Source: Planctomycetota bacterium
Lineage (GTDB): Bacteria; Planctomycetota; B15-G4; JADJEK01
Reading direction: 5' to 3'
Assembly (NCBI GenBank): GCA_044225365.1
Contig: JBGAIQ010000038.1
Location: forward strand, 1 to 55,660
DNA: 55,660 nucleotides
Under the pieces are notes generated by a model. The model saw only the letters and a list, made by a program, of their open reading frames with translations. It was not told the origin of the DNA and searched no databases. Positions 41,772 to 51,570 of the stretch are shown in pieces. The stretch's first letter is position 1. Every line of letters starts with the position of its first letter. The position numbers were made by a program, and so were the translations under genes.

Positions 41772-42838
41772 CGACGAAGACGTCCGCATATGCCGTCGCA
41801 CTCGCCGCCCTCCTCACATCGATCTCGTCCTTCGGCTGCGCGCACGAGGACAAGGTCCTCGTCACCGCCCAGGCAGAGGGCCTCGACGAGGATCCGCATT
41901 GGCTCACGTACAAGGGCGGCGACGGTCCGGGCCATGGCAAGCACATCGTCCTGATCGCGGCCGATCAGGAATATCGCAGCGAGGAGGCGCTGCCGATGCT
42001 CGCGCGGATCCTGTCGACCCGCCATGGATTCGACTGCACCGTGCTCTTCGCACTGAATCGGGACGGTCTCGTCGACCCGACGCAGAAGATCCGCTACGAC
42101 GACAAGACGATCCAGCACCACGTCCCCGGACTCGACCGCCTCGATCACGCCGACTTGATGATTCTGTTCAGTCGCTTGATCACCTTGCCCGACGACGAGA
42201 TCTCCCACGTCGTCGCCTACGTCGATTCCGGAAGACCGATCCTCGCGATCCGCACCGCGAATCACGGCTTCCTCGGAAACTTCCCCTACGAATTGGGAGG
42301 CAAGAAAGTGCGCTTCGGCGAGGACGTGCTCGGCGGGACGTTCCTCGAACATCACGGCAATTGGCATCAGGACTCGACGCGCGGCATCCTCGTCGAGTCG
42401 CAGCGCTCCCATCCGATCCTGAAGGGCGTGGACGACATCTGGGGCCAGTCGGACGTCTACCGCACGTATCCGCGAGGCGAGAGCCTGCCCGCGGACTGCA
42501 CGGCACTCGTCTACGGACAACCGCTGCTCGGTCGGAATCACGACGACGGAGTGAATCCCGAGAAGGAAGCGCTACCGATCGCATGGACGAAGACGTGGAC
42601 CGGATCGACGGGAAGGACCGGACGCGTCTTCCACCAGACGATGGGCAGCGCGCGCGACTTCCAGAGCGCGGGGCTGCGCCGGCTCACGATCAACGCCACC
42701 TACTGGTGTCTTGGACTCGAGGATCGCATCACCGCGACGATGAATGTCGATGTCGTCGGGCCCTACGAGCCACACGACAGCGGCTTCGACTACGCCGAGC
42801 TCGGCGTGGTGCCGCGTCCGGTCAGCGCATTTCGGTAA
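41768..42838 (+). CDS. ThuA-like (class I GATase-fold) lipoprotein
   Basis: ATGA overlap, lipobox-like SFGC, HIVLIAADQEYRSEE, RTANH, HPILKGV and GRVFHQTMG. Confidence 0.8.
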   Translation: MTTKTSAYAVALAALLTSISSFGCAHEDKVLVTAQAEGLDEDPHWLTYKGGDGPGHGKHIVLIAADQEYRSEEALPMLARILSTRHGFDCTVLFALNRDGLVDPTQKIRYDDKTIQHHVPGLDRLDHADLMILFSRLITLPDDEISHVVAYVDSGRPILAIRTANHGFLGNFPYELGGKKVRFGEDVLGGTFLEHHGNWHQDSTRGILVESQRSHPILKGVDDIWGQSDVYRTYPRGESLPADCTALVYGQPLLGRNHDDGVNPEKEALPIAWTKTWTGSTGRTGRVFHQTMGSARDFQSAGLRRLTINATYWCLGLEDRITATMNVDVVGPYEPHDSGFDYAELGVVPRPVSAFR

Positions 42839-42902
42839 TGGATTTCGCATCGCGGTGTCGAGACAATTCGCCCTTCGAGTAGGTCTTAGGGAGCGATGAG
42901 AA

Positions 42903-45900
42903 ATGTCCGACCCCGCACGGGTGCGTGCTCTCTTCGAGCGCGTCCGCGATCTGATTCCGTCGGCTCGTCTGGCGGTGGTGCTTCACGAAGCAGGCGACGA
43001 CTTCGAACTCGCCGAGGCCGTCCTCGCGCTCGTGGACAGCGAAGGCTCGAAGGTCCGATCGTTCGACGACGACGAATCGAATCGGGGCCGGGTTTCGCTT
43101 TCGAGCGGTGATCCCGGCGGCGGATCCCGAGTCCTCGTCGAGATCAAGAATCGGGAACTGCCTGCGAATCGATACCGCTTCGTGCGCGAGATCGACAAGG
43201 GCGGAATGGGTTGCGTGAAGCAGGTTCGCGACGTCGATCTGCGCCGACATCTCGCGATGAAGGTCATGCTCGACGAGAAGTCGAACCTCTTGCCTCGTTT
43301 CGTCGAGGAAGCTCAGGTGATGGGACAACTGGACCATCCCAACATCGTTCCCGTTCACGAACTCGGCGTCGATGCCGAGGGACGCGTGTTCTTCACGATG
43401 AAGCTCGTTCAGGGCGAGACGTTCGAGAGCGTCTGCTCGAAAGTGGGGTCCGGCGTCGACGGCTGGAACGTGACACGCGCGCTCTCCGTGATCCTCAGGA
43501 TCTGCGAAGCGATGGCGTTCGCGCACGACAAGGGCGTGCTGCATCGGGATCTGAAGCCGACGAACGTCATGGTCGGGCGATTCGGCGAGGTGTACGTGAT
43601 GGATTGGGGCCTCGCTCGAGTGGTCGGGCAACCGGAATCGCACGATCTCCGCATCGACCACGAAGACCGATTCGCGAAGGTCCACACCGAGCGCGTCGAC
43701 CAGCGGATCGAGTCGTCGCCGCGCTCGAGCGTTCACACTCAGGACGGCGCGATCGTCGGCACGCCCGCATACATGCCGCCCGAGCAGGCGCGAGGCCAAC
43801 TCGATCTCATCGGAAGTCGATCGGACGTCTACGCCGTGGGCGCACTCCTCTACCGACTGCTCGGAGGGATCGAGCCGTACTACGATCCGGCACGAGCGCT
43901 CGCCGGCCTCGAGATCGTGGCGCGAGTGATCGCAGGACCACCGAAGCCCCTGTTCGAGATCGCTCCCGACCTTCCCGCCGAACTCCTCGCGATCCAGGAG
44001 AAGGCGATGGCCCGTGAGATCGAGGCCCGATACGAATCGATGACGGCGCTCGGCGAGGACCTCCGCGCGTACCTCGAGCATCGCGTCGTGACGGCCTACG
44101 AGACGGGAGCGTTCGCGGAATTGAGGAAATGGATCGAGCGCAATCGTGCGCTCGCATCCAGCGTCGCACTCCTCTTCGTCGTCCTCGTCGTCGGTTCCGG
44201 CGAGATCTCGATCCGGAAGAAGGAGGTGGAAGCTCGAAAGGCCGAATTCGAACAGCTCGCGGGGATCGTCCATCTGCAACGGGCGATCGCCGATGAAGCG
44301 AATCTTGGATCTCCCGTGCCGAAGAACATCCCTGCGATGGAAGCCTGGCTCGCGCAAGACGCCAGGATCCTCGGGTTGCAGCCTGTGCTCAAACGCTCGA
44401 TAGGCGATCTGCGCTCACGGGCGCGACCGTGGACCGAGGGCGAAAAGATCGCGGATCGCCAAGCCCATCCTCGATTCAAGGAACTCGAGCTGCATCGCGC
44501 CCAACTCGCGATCTACCGAGTGGCGGTGGCGCAAAGGCAGCCCGGATTCGTGCAGAGTCGGCCGGCCCTACCCTCCGAACTCGAACGGTGGACGGCGAAC
44601 GAGCTGAACGCCTTCGCCTGGGGTCGGGTCGCCCCCAATGTCGAGGATCGGACGATGGGAGAGGAACCGCTGGCTCTCGTCGCCGCGGAACGGGCCGTTG
44701 CCAAGATCGAAGCCGGAGATCGATCGGAGACTCTCCCCGCCGCGCTCGATACCCTCGCTTGGGCATACCTCGCGAACGGTCGCGACGACGACGCGATGAC
44801 CACGACGAAGCGGGCTCGAGAGACCGCGCCCACCGCCGATCGCCAGCTTTATGACACCTACACCGCGAACATCGAGAAGATGATCGGTTCCTTTCGTGAC
44901 GGGACGGGTCAGAAGAACGTCGCGGAACTGGAACGCCTCGTCGCCGAGTTGGAGGAGATCGTCGCCGCGCGACGAACTTTCGATCTCGAGAGCGAGAGCG
45001 AGAACTTCCTGTTCGACACGCTCTCGAAACTCGATGCCGACATCGACACGTTCGAAGCCACCACGAAGGTTCGCGTCGTGCGGAATCTCGATTGGGCGAG
45101 GCGCATCGACGAGTTGACGATGCATCATCCGAACGCGACCCACACGTGGGAAGAGGCGCGCCTCGCGATCGCGAAGGCGGACGACATCGTGGCGTCGAAG
45201 TCCTATTCCAACGTGCCGATCGATCTGAAACCGCAGATCGGACTCGTGCCGCTCGGAATGAACCCGGTGACGAAGCTCTGGGAGTTCTACGACCTCCGAT
45301 CGGGCTGCGACTTCGCCGGAGGTCAGGACCCCGCGGGCATCTCGATCCCGAGTCACGCGAAGGACGGCTCGATCAAGGTGGCCCCGGGGACCGGCATCGT
45401 CTTCGTGCTGCTTCCCGGCGGAACCTACCTGCAGGGTGCTCAGAGCACGGACCCGGCCGCGCCCAATTTCGATCCGGGCATGGACTCGGACGAACTCGCG
45501 CAGAAAGTGACCCTCGCGCCGTTCTTCCTCGCGCGCCATGAGTTGACGCGCTCTCAGTGGTATCGCTTGTCGAACGGCGACGAACCCTCGTGGGCGAAAC
45601 GGGGCGTGGTCTACAGACCTGATCGTCCCGTCGATTGGACGCATCCGGTAGAGAACGTCGACTGGACCGACTGCGTGAAACTCCTGCGGAGGTACGGAAT
45701 GGACCTTCCGACGGAGGCGCGCTGGGAGTACGGCGCGCGCGGCGGGACGTCGACCCCCTGGTGGACCGGAAACGAACCGAGCAGCGCGGCGGGTGCCGGA
45801 AACGTGCTCGACCTCGGGGCGGAGAAGGTGCATCGCGCCTGGGGCCGACAGAGCGGGGACTTCGTCGACGGTTATGTGGGTCCGAGCCCCGTCGGTTCCT

Positions 45901-46175
45901 TCAGAGCGAACGGGTTCGGGCTGTTCGACACGATCGGAAACGTGTGGGAATGGTGTCTCGATCCGCACGTCGAGCAGTACGGCACGCCCCGAACGGGCGA
46001 CGGTCTGCGCAGCGTCGCCGATGAGGCGACGAGGGATCGGGTCATTCGAAGCGGGACCTACAGTACTCCGCTCGAACTCGCGCGATCGTCCGACCGCGCC
46101 AACTACGCAGCGTCGATCCGCCTCCCGACGATCGGTCTTCGAGCCGCCCGGAACCTCGAGATCACGGAAGACTGA
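42903..46175 (+). CDS. Hanks-type Ser/Thr kinase fused to a formylglycine-generating enzyme (SUMF1)-like domain
   Basis: Kinase motifs GGMG, AMK, HRDLKPTN, DWG and GTPAYMPPEQ. One TM helix. FGE-like motifs LPTEARWEYGARGG and NGFGLFDTIGNVWEW. Confidence 0.93.
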   Translation: MSDPARVRALFERVRDLIPSARLAVVLHEAGDDFELAEAVLALVDSEGSKVRSFDDDESNRGRVSLSSGDPGGGSRVLVEIKNRELPANRYRFVREIDKGGMGCVKQVRDVDLRRHLAMKVMLDEKSNLLPRFVEEAQVMGQLDHPNIVPVHELGVDAEGRVFFTMKLVQGETFESVCSKVGSGVDGWNVTRALSVILRICEAMAFAHDKGVLHRDLKPTNVMVGRFGEVYVMDWGLARVVGQPESHDLRIDHEDRFAKVHTERVDQRIESSPRSSVHTQDGAIVGTPAYMPPEQARGQLDLIGSRSDVYAVGALLYRLLGGIEPYYDPARALAGLEIVARVIAGPPKPLFEIAPDLPAELLAIQEKAMAREIEARYESMTALGEDLRAYLEHRVVTAYETGAFAELRKWIERNRALASSVALLFVVLVVGSGEISIRKKEVEARKAEFEQLAGIVHLQRAIADEANLGSPVPKNIPAMEAWLAQDARILGLQPVLKRSIGDLRSRARPWTEGEKIADRQAHPRFKELELHRAQLAIYRVAVAQRQPGFVQSRPALPSELERWTANELNAFAWGRVAPNVEDRTMGEEPLALVAAERAVAKIEAGDRSETLPAALDTLAWAYLANGRDDDAMTTTKRARETAPTADRQLYDTYTANIEKMIGSFRDGTGQKNVAELERLVAELEEIVAARRTFDLESESENFLFDTLSKLDADIDTFEATTKVRVVRNLDWARRIDELTMHHPNATHTWEEARLAIAKADDIVASKSYSNVPIDLKPQIGLVPLGMNPVTKLWEFYDLRSGCDFAGGQDPAGISIPSHAKDGSIKVAPGTGIVFVLLPGGTYLQGAQSTDPAAPNFDPGMDSDELAQKVTLAPFFLARHELTRSQWYRLSNGDEPSWAKRGVVYRPDRPVDWTHPVENVDWTDCVKLLRRYGMDLPTEARWEYGARGGTSTPWWTGNEPSSAAGAGNVLDLGAEKVHRAWGRQSGDFVDGYVGPSPVGSFRANGFGLFDTIGNVWEWCLDPHVEQYGTPRTGDGLRSVADEATRDRVIRSGTYSTPLELARSSDRANYAASIRLPTIGLRAARNLEITED

Positions 46176-46190
46176 GCGCCGCGGCGCGGA

Positions 46191-47246
46191 TCACGGCTCG
46201 GTGCCGTTCGGCAGCTTCGCCGGCTTGTCGACGTCCTTGCTGACGTCCGAGGGCTTCTTCACGTCCTTGCCGATCGCGACGGGCTTGGCGACCTTCGGAT
46301 CGATCGGCGGTGGGAGCTTTGCGGCGTCCGCCGTCGTCGGATGATCGGGATCGATGCCGGCGGCCGGAGCGGCCGACGTCTTCGACGGCTCGGGTTTGTC
46401 GGAACCGGTCGGCGCCGGCTGTCCCTCGGCCTTGGCCTTGTCCTCGGCTGCGCTCTTCTCGAGTTCGAGCTTCAGCCAAGCGTCGTAGGCGACCTTCCAC
46501 TGATCGTAGTCATCCATCCAGGCGCGCTCTTCGTCGGTCGGCGCGCGGTTGTTCAGGATGATCGTCTGGTGATAGATCTCCTGCTTCTTCGCCGGGAGCC
46601 AGCCTTCACCCGGTGGATACTTGTCGATCCACTGCTGGAGATCGGGCGGGAGCTTCTTCGGTCCCTTGGCAGCGGCTTCGGCGGCGGCGATCGCATCCGC
46701 CTCGGCTTTCGCGGCGCTCGCTCGCGAGGCGTCGACCTTCGCGAGGCGCTCCTTCTCCTTCGCCCACAGTTCCGCCTTCGAGCCGTGGATCTTGCTCTCG
46801 ACTTCGTCGACCTTTGCGGGTTCGAGGGAACCCTCGACCTCGACGTGATCGATCTCCGATCCGCGCAGCCCCATGCTCCCCGCGAGTCCATTGACGTGTT
46901 GGAGCCGAACATCGAGGTCCGCAGGGATCTTCGATCCGTCGAGCTTGCGCTCGCCGCCGAAGAGCTGCGCGAGCGACGAAGATTTCGAGACGAGCCCCGT
47001 GAATCGACCACCGCTCTTCGTGATTACATGGATCTGGAGCGCCTCTTCGTGCCCGAGTCCGGTATCGACGGCGGCGGTCTTCGCCTGCGCTTTGCCCGCT
47101 TTTGGGGGTGCCTTCGCAGCAGCCTTCGCGGGGGCCTTGGGCGGCGGGTTCGCAGTCCCGGGCTTGTTGCCCGCGAGGGCCGTCGACGAGAGCGTCGAGA
47201 GCACGAGGACGAACGAGGTGGGGATCAGGTGTTGGAATCGACGCAT
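46191..47246 (-). CDS. Secreted hypothetical protein with Ala/Pro/Lys-rich linkers
   Basis: GGAGG RBS, signal peptide ending ALA-G, and host-like codon usage. Confidence 0.75.
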   Translation of the reverse strand: MRRFQHLIPTSFVLVLSTLSSTALAGNKPGTANPPPKAPAKAAAKAPPKAGKAQAKTAAVDTGLGHEEALQIHVITKSGGRFTGLVSKSSSLAQLFGGERKLDGSKIPADLDVRLQHVNGLAGSMGLRGSEIDHVEVEGSLEPAKVDEVESKIHGSKAELWAKEKERLAKVDASRASAAKAEADAIAAAEAAAKGPKKLPPDLQQWIDKYPPGEGWLPAKKQEIYHQTIILNNRAPTDEERAWMDDYDQWKVAYDAWLKLELEKSAAEDKAKAEGQPAPTGSDKPEPSKTSAAPAAGIDPDHPTTADAAKLPPPIDPKVAKPVAIGKDVKKPSDVSKDVDKPAKLPNGTEP

Positions 47247-47361
47247 GTTCGAAGAGCCTCCGCGCTCGCGATGGCCAACCCTTCCGTCCTCTTCCATGGC
47301 CCTTTCGGCCAAGGAGTCAGAGCCGCGCGGCGCCGGGCGCCTGCCTGGCACCTGAGATGAG

Positions 47362-48333
47362 CTACGGTCGCGACGCCATCGCGGACGGATCGGCCTCTGC
47401 AGACTCTCTCTCATCGGCATTCGATGGGCTCGCCTTGGGTTCTTTTTCCAAGGCTTTTTCCACCGCGACCTCGTTCGGCGCATCGCCATGGCGTTCGAGG
47501 AATTCGGCGACGAGATCCGCATAGTCCTGGGCGCCATTCGATTCCGGATCGTGGTCGAAGATCGATTTGCCGGCGGACGGCGCCTCCGCGAGCTTCACGT
47601 TCTGTCGAATCAGCGCTTCGTAGACGATGTCGCCGAAGACGCGCTTCACTTCGTCGCGGACCTCGTGCGACAGGTTCGCCTGGCCTTTCCACATGCAGAT
47701 GAGGATGCCCGAGAGCTGCAACCCGGGATTGACGCGCTCCGTGATCTGCTTCTGGGTCTCGACGAGTCGAGACAGACCCTGCAGTGAGAAGAACTCCGCC
47801 TGGATCGGCACGAGCGTCTCGTCGACGGCCGAGAGCGCGTTGAGTGCGAGGATTCCGAGCTGCGGTGCGCAATCGATGAGGATGTAGTCGAACGAGAGTC
47901 CAGCGGCCCTCGCCCGCTCGAGTCGCGTCCGCAGAATCGTCTCGCGCCCGATCTCGTTCAGGAGTTCGACCTCCGCCGCGGCGAGATCGCCCGCGCTCGG
48001 CGCGAGCCACAGGTTCGGCGTCGCCGTCGGAATGATCATTTCTTCGAGCTTCGCATCGCCGCGCAGGAGATCGTAGGTCGTCGCCTTCAACTCGAACGGT
48101 TGCCATTCGAGGTGCGCCGTGAGATTCGCCTGCGGATCGAGGTCGATGAGCAAGACCTTCTTCCCGGCGCGAGCGAGTCCCGCTCCGAGATTGCATGTGG
48201 TCGTCGTCTTCCCGACTCCGCCCTTCTGATTGATGACGGCGATCGTGCGCAAACGAGTCCTCGTGGGAGCGATGGCGGGCAAGACGCGAAGGACTCGCGC
48301 CGAACCTCGACGGGGGATCGATCGGATCGCCAC
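47362..48333 (-). CDS. ParA/Soj-family ATPase
   Basis: Motifs NQKGGVGKTTT, DLDPQANLT, IDCAP and IRQNVKLAEAPS. The true start may be TTG 48252. Confidence 0.92.
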   Translation of the reverse strand: MAIRSIPRRGSARVLRVLPAIAPTRTRLRTIAVINQKGGVGKTTTTCNLGAGLARAGKKVLLIDLDPQANLTAHLEWQPFELKATTYDLLRGDAKLEEMIIPTATPNLWLAPSAGDLAAAEVELLNEIGRETILRTRLERARAAGLSFDYILIDCAPQLGILALNALSAVDETLVPIQAEFFSLQGLSRLVETQKQITERVNPGLQLSGILICMWKGQANLSHEVRDEVKRVFGDIVYEALIRQNVKLAEAPSAGKSIFDHDPESNGAQDYADLVAEFLERHGDAPNEVAVEKALEKEPKASPSNADERESAEADPSAMASRP

Positions 48334-48407
48334 GACTCTACCAAATGCGCCCCGCGGGAGAACGCGAGTACGAGGTCTGCGACTGCCGGCGTGTTACGAT
48401 CTCCCAA

Positions 48408-49733
48408 ATGACCCCACCCCGAGACGAAGCCGATCCGCGCCACGACACCGGAGGCTCCATCGGCAGCCTCCATGCGCAGGCCAGGGAGCGCGGCAGGGTC
48501 GGCGATCGGCGAGGCGCTCTTCGGATCCTTCTCGACGCCCTCCGGTCGACCCCGCTCGATCGCACCGCGCTCGCTGCGGCCGCCGACCTCGCCCGTCAAC
48601 TCGGCCATGCCGAGGAGGAACGACGCTTCCGCACGCTGGCGAACGACCCCGAGGATCCGCAGGCACGGTATGAACTCGGCTACCTCCTGGTCGACTCGGG
48701 CGTCCCTGAATTGGGTGCCCAATATCTCGAGTTGTGCCTCGAATTGGTCCCGGACCATCCGAAGGTCGGATACGAACTCGGATTCGCCCGTTTTCGCTGC
48801 GGCGACGACGACATTGCGGATCCACTGCTCGAAAGAGCGTTCCGCGACGATAGTCTCGCGGATTCGGAAGTGTTCTCGGCCGGCTCACTCCTCGTGCAGT
48901 GCCGCGTCCGCCGCGGCGACCGGCGGGGAGCTCGCGAGGCACTCGATCGGCTCGAGCGCCTCGCCTCGGAACGCGACGAGGCGGAGATCGACGCGCTGTC
49001 GACCGCGCTCGCTCGCGCCGAGCGGCTCGGCGCGCCTCCCAACGGTGACCGCGATCACTTGTTCCTCCTCGCGGGCTCGATGTTGCTCCATTCACCGCGC
49101 AGTGGCAATTCGAAGCCGGCGGCCGGACTCGTCGGCCTCGACTTCCTCGCCGGGCTCCTGCGTCGCCTCGAACGCGCGCTCACCGTCACGGAGGCGAAGC
49201 CGGATCGAATCGTGTTCCATCATGATTCGCTCGCGCCCCTCGCGATCGCACTCGGTCGCCGATTGAACGCGCAGCCCGTCGCGCGCGATGGCGGGGCCGG
49301 CGAATCCGCCCTCCACCTCCTGCGATTTCCCTCCGACGCCACTCCATCGCTGAAGACCCTGCGCCGCAGCGACGACGGCTCGGTGGTGTTCGCACTCGCG
49401 ATGGATCCGCGAGTCGATCATCCGCTCGCGCCCGACATCGTGGGCCAATTCGCCGAGCGCCTCGTCCTGCCCTGGGAAGAGCACATCGAAATCGTTCCCG
49501 ACGGCGAGCGGCGCAAGGACTCGAGCGAACCGCGAATCGTCCCGGCCGACTCCGAGTCGAGCGATCGACTCGGAAACGAACTCGCCGACGCGATGATGCA
49601 GATGGAGGGAGACGGAGACGACCTCGCCGCCGTCGAGAGCTACTATCGTCCCCTTCGAGATCTCCTTGTGGTGAATCGGCCCGATGATCATCCGCTGCGC
49701 CGGATGATCACGGCGCTTCGACCCACGCGCTGA
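48408..49733 (+). CDS. TPR-containing hypothetical protein
   Basis: TPR-like helices (DPQARYELGYLLV, PDHPKVGYELGFARF) followed by an alpha/beta C-terminal domain. Confidence 0.75.
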   Translation: MTPPRDEADPRHDTGGSIGSLHAQARERGRVGDRRGALRILLDALRSTPLDRTALAAAADLARQLGHAEEERRFRTLANDPEDPQARYELGYLLVDSGVPELGAQYLELCLELVPDHPKVGYELGFARFRCGDDDIADPLLERAFRDDSLADSEVFSAGSLLVQCRVRRGDRRGAREALDRLERLASERDEAEIDALSTALARAERLGAPPNGDRDHLFLLAGSMLLHSPRSGNSKPAAGLVGLDFLAGLLRRLERALTVTEAKPDRIVFHHDSLAPLAIALGRRLNAQPVARDGGAGESALHLLRFPSDATPSLKTLRRSDDGSVVFALAMDPRVDHPLAPDIVGQFAERLVLPWEEHIEIVPDGERRKDSSEPRIVPADSESSDRLGNELADAMMQMEGDGDDLAAVESYYRPLRDLLVVNRPDDHPLRRMITALRPTR

Positions 49734-49797
49734 TCTCGCCTCGCGAACTCCTGCCCGGTCGTCGGCCTCTCCGTCCTCCTTTCGAACGAGCTCCCCC

Positions 49798-51570
49798 GTG
49801 CGCATCTTTCGCCGCGCCCTGAACTACCTGCCGCAGTGCCGCCGCGCCATCGTGCTCGGCCTCATCGCGGTGCCGATCGCGCGCGCGTTCGACATCTTCA
49901 TCCCGATGCTGATCGGTCGCGGGATCGACGAGCTTACGGGTAAGGGCAACAACGGCGTTCCCCACCTCTCGCATCCGCTGTCCGTCTACTTCCTCATGAT
50001 CGTGGGCCTCGCGATCGTGAAGGGCGTGGCCAAGTACGCGATGCGTCACTACATCGTGGGCGCCTCGCGGCAGTTCGAGTTCTCGCTGCGCGACGATCTC
50101 TACGCCCACCTGTTGAAGATGCCTCCGTCGTACTTCCAGTCGATGCGCACCGGCGACGTGATGTCGCGTCTCTCGTCGGACGTCGAAGCGGTTCGCATGT
50201 TCCTCGGGCCTGGCGCGATGTACGTCGCCGAGACGCTCCTGTTCCTCACGCCCGCGGTCGTGATCCTCGCCCGGATGGACGGTCTCCTCGCCCTCCTCCT
50301 CGTCCTCCCTCTCGGGCTCATCCTGTGGGCGATGATCCACTACGCGACTCCGATCCACGACGAATCGATGCGCGCGCAGGAGCGCCTCGCCGAGATGACG
50401 AACGGCGCGCAGGAGCAGTTCGCAGGAGTTCGCGTGGTGCGCGCGTTCCATGCCGAGCCGCAGGCGATCGACCGCTTCGAGAAGACCTCCGAGATCTACC
50501 GCGATCAGTGCATTCGCACCGCGAAGTTGCGCGGGCTCAACTGGGTGACGATGGTCGGCGCGAAGGACCTCGGAATGGTCGTCCTGATCGCGATGGGCGC
50601 GATCCAGCTCATCCGCGGAAAGGTCTCGCTCGGCGAGTACGTCGTCTTCAACCTCTACCTCGGGATGCTGTTCTGGCCCATGGTCGCACTGGGTTGGATC
50701 GTCGCGATGTATCAACGCGCGAAGGCATCGATGGAGCGGCTCGAGGTCCTCTTCGCCACTCCGCCCGCGATCGTGGAGGTCGCCGCTCCATTCGCTCCGA
50801 GCGAGGTGAAGGGGGAGATCGAGTTCCGGAACTTCCGCTTTGCGTACGAGCAGCCCGTCGACGATTCTTCGCGCGAGGTCCTTCGGGGCATCGATCTGAA
50901 GATCGCAGCGGGGACGATCGTGGGAATCACGGGCGCGCTCGGGTCGGGCAAGTCGACCCTGCTCGCCGCGATCGCGCGTCTCATCGACGTGAAACCGGGG
51001 ACTCTCTTCGTCGACGGCGTCGACGTGACGCATTGGAAGGTGGACGTCCTGCGTCGTGCGATCGGTTTCGTGCCGCAGGACTCGTTCCTCTTCGCAGACA
51101 CGCTGCGCAACAATCTCGCGCTCGCGGACGACACTGCGAGCGACGCGACTCTCGAGGCCGCGCTGCGCCGCGCGCAGTTCGATGTCGAAGCGAGCGCGTT
51201 GCCCAAAGGGCTCGACACGACGATCGGCGAGCGTGGAGTCACGTTGTCCGGCGGTCAACGGCAGCGCGCGACGATTGCGCGAGCGCTGGTGCGCAAGCCC
51301 GCGATCCTGCTCCTCGACGACTGCCTGTCCGCCGTCGACGCCGACACCGAAGCCCGAATCCTCCGCGAGCTGAGAGAAGCGCTCCGCGGCTCGACCGCGA
51401 TCCTCGTTTCGCATCGCGTCGCGGCGCTCGACATCGCCGATCGCGTGTTGGTGCTCGACGAGGGACGGATCACGGCGGACGGAACGCCGGCGCAATTGCG
51501 GCAGCAGCCCGGGCGGTTTCGCGATCTTTCGAACGTTCAGCAACTCGAAGCGGAGCTCGAAGTCCTGTGA
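49798..51570 (+). CDS. ABC exporter half (TMD+NBD), MdlA/YheI-like
   Basis: Walker A GALGSGKST, signature LSGGQ and degenerate Walker B LLLDD. Confidence 0.93.
   Translation: MRIFRRALNYLPQCRRAIVLGLIAVPIARAFDIFIPMLIGRGIDELTGKGNNGVPHLSHPLSVYFLMIVGLAIVKGVAKYAMRHYIVGASRQFEFSLRDDLYAHLLKMPPSYFQSMRTGDVMSRLSSDVEAVRMFLGPGAMYVAETLLFLTPAVVILARMDGLLALLLVLPLGLILWAMIHYATPIHDESMRAQERLAEMTNGAQEQFAGVRVVRAFHAEPQAIDRFEKTSEIYRDQCIRTAKLRGLNWVTMVGAKDLGMVVLIAMGAIQLIRGKVSLGEYVVFNLYLGMLFWPMVALGWIVAMYQRAKASMERLEVLFATPPAIVEVAAPFAPSEVKGEIEFRNFRFAYEQPVDDSSREVLRGIDLKIAAGTIVGITGALGSGKSTLLAAIARLIDVKPGTLFVDGVDVTHWKVDVLRRAIGFVPQDSFLFADTLRNNLALADDTASDATLEAALRRAQFDVEASALPKGLDTTIGERGVTLSGGQRQRATIARALVRKPAILLLDDCLSAVDADTEARILRELREALRGSTAILVSHRVAALDIADRVLVLDEGRITADGTPAQLRQQPGRFRDLSNVQQLEAELEVL

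Noticed and set aside
39288-42838. Long N-terminal extensions of ORFs 39288-41771 and 40685-42838, suggesting overlaps or frameshifts
   Set aside because: True starts at 40293 and 41768 give standard stop/start coupling and signal peptides.
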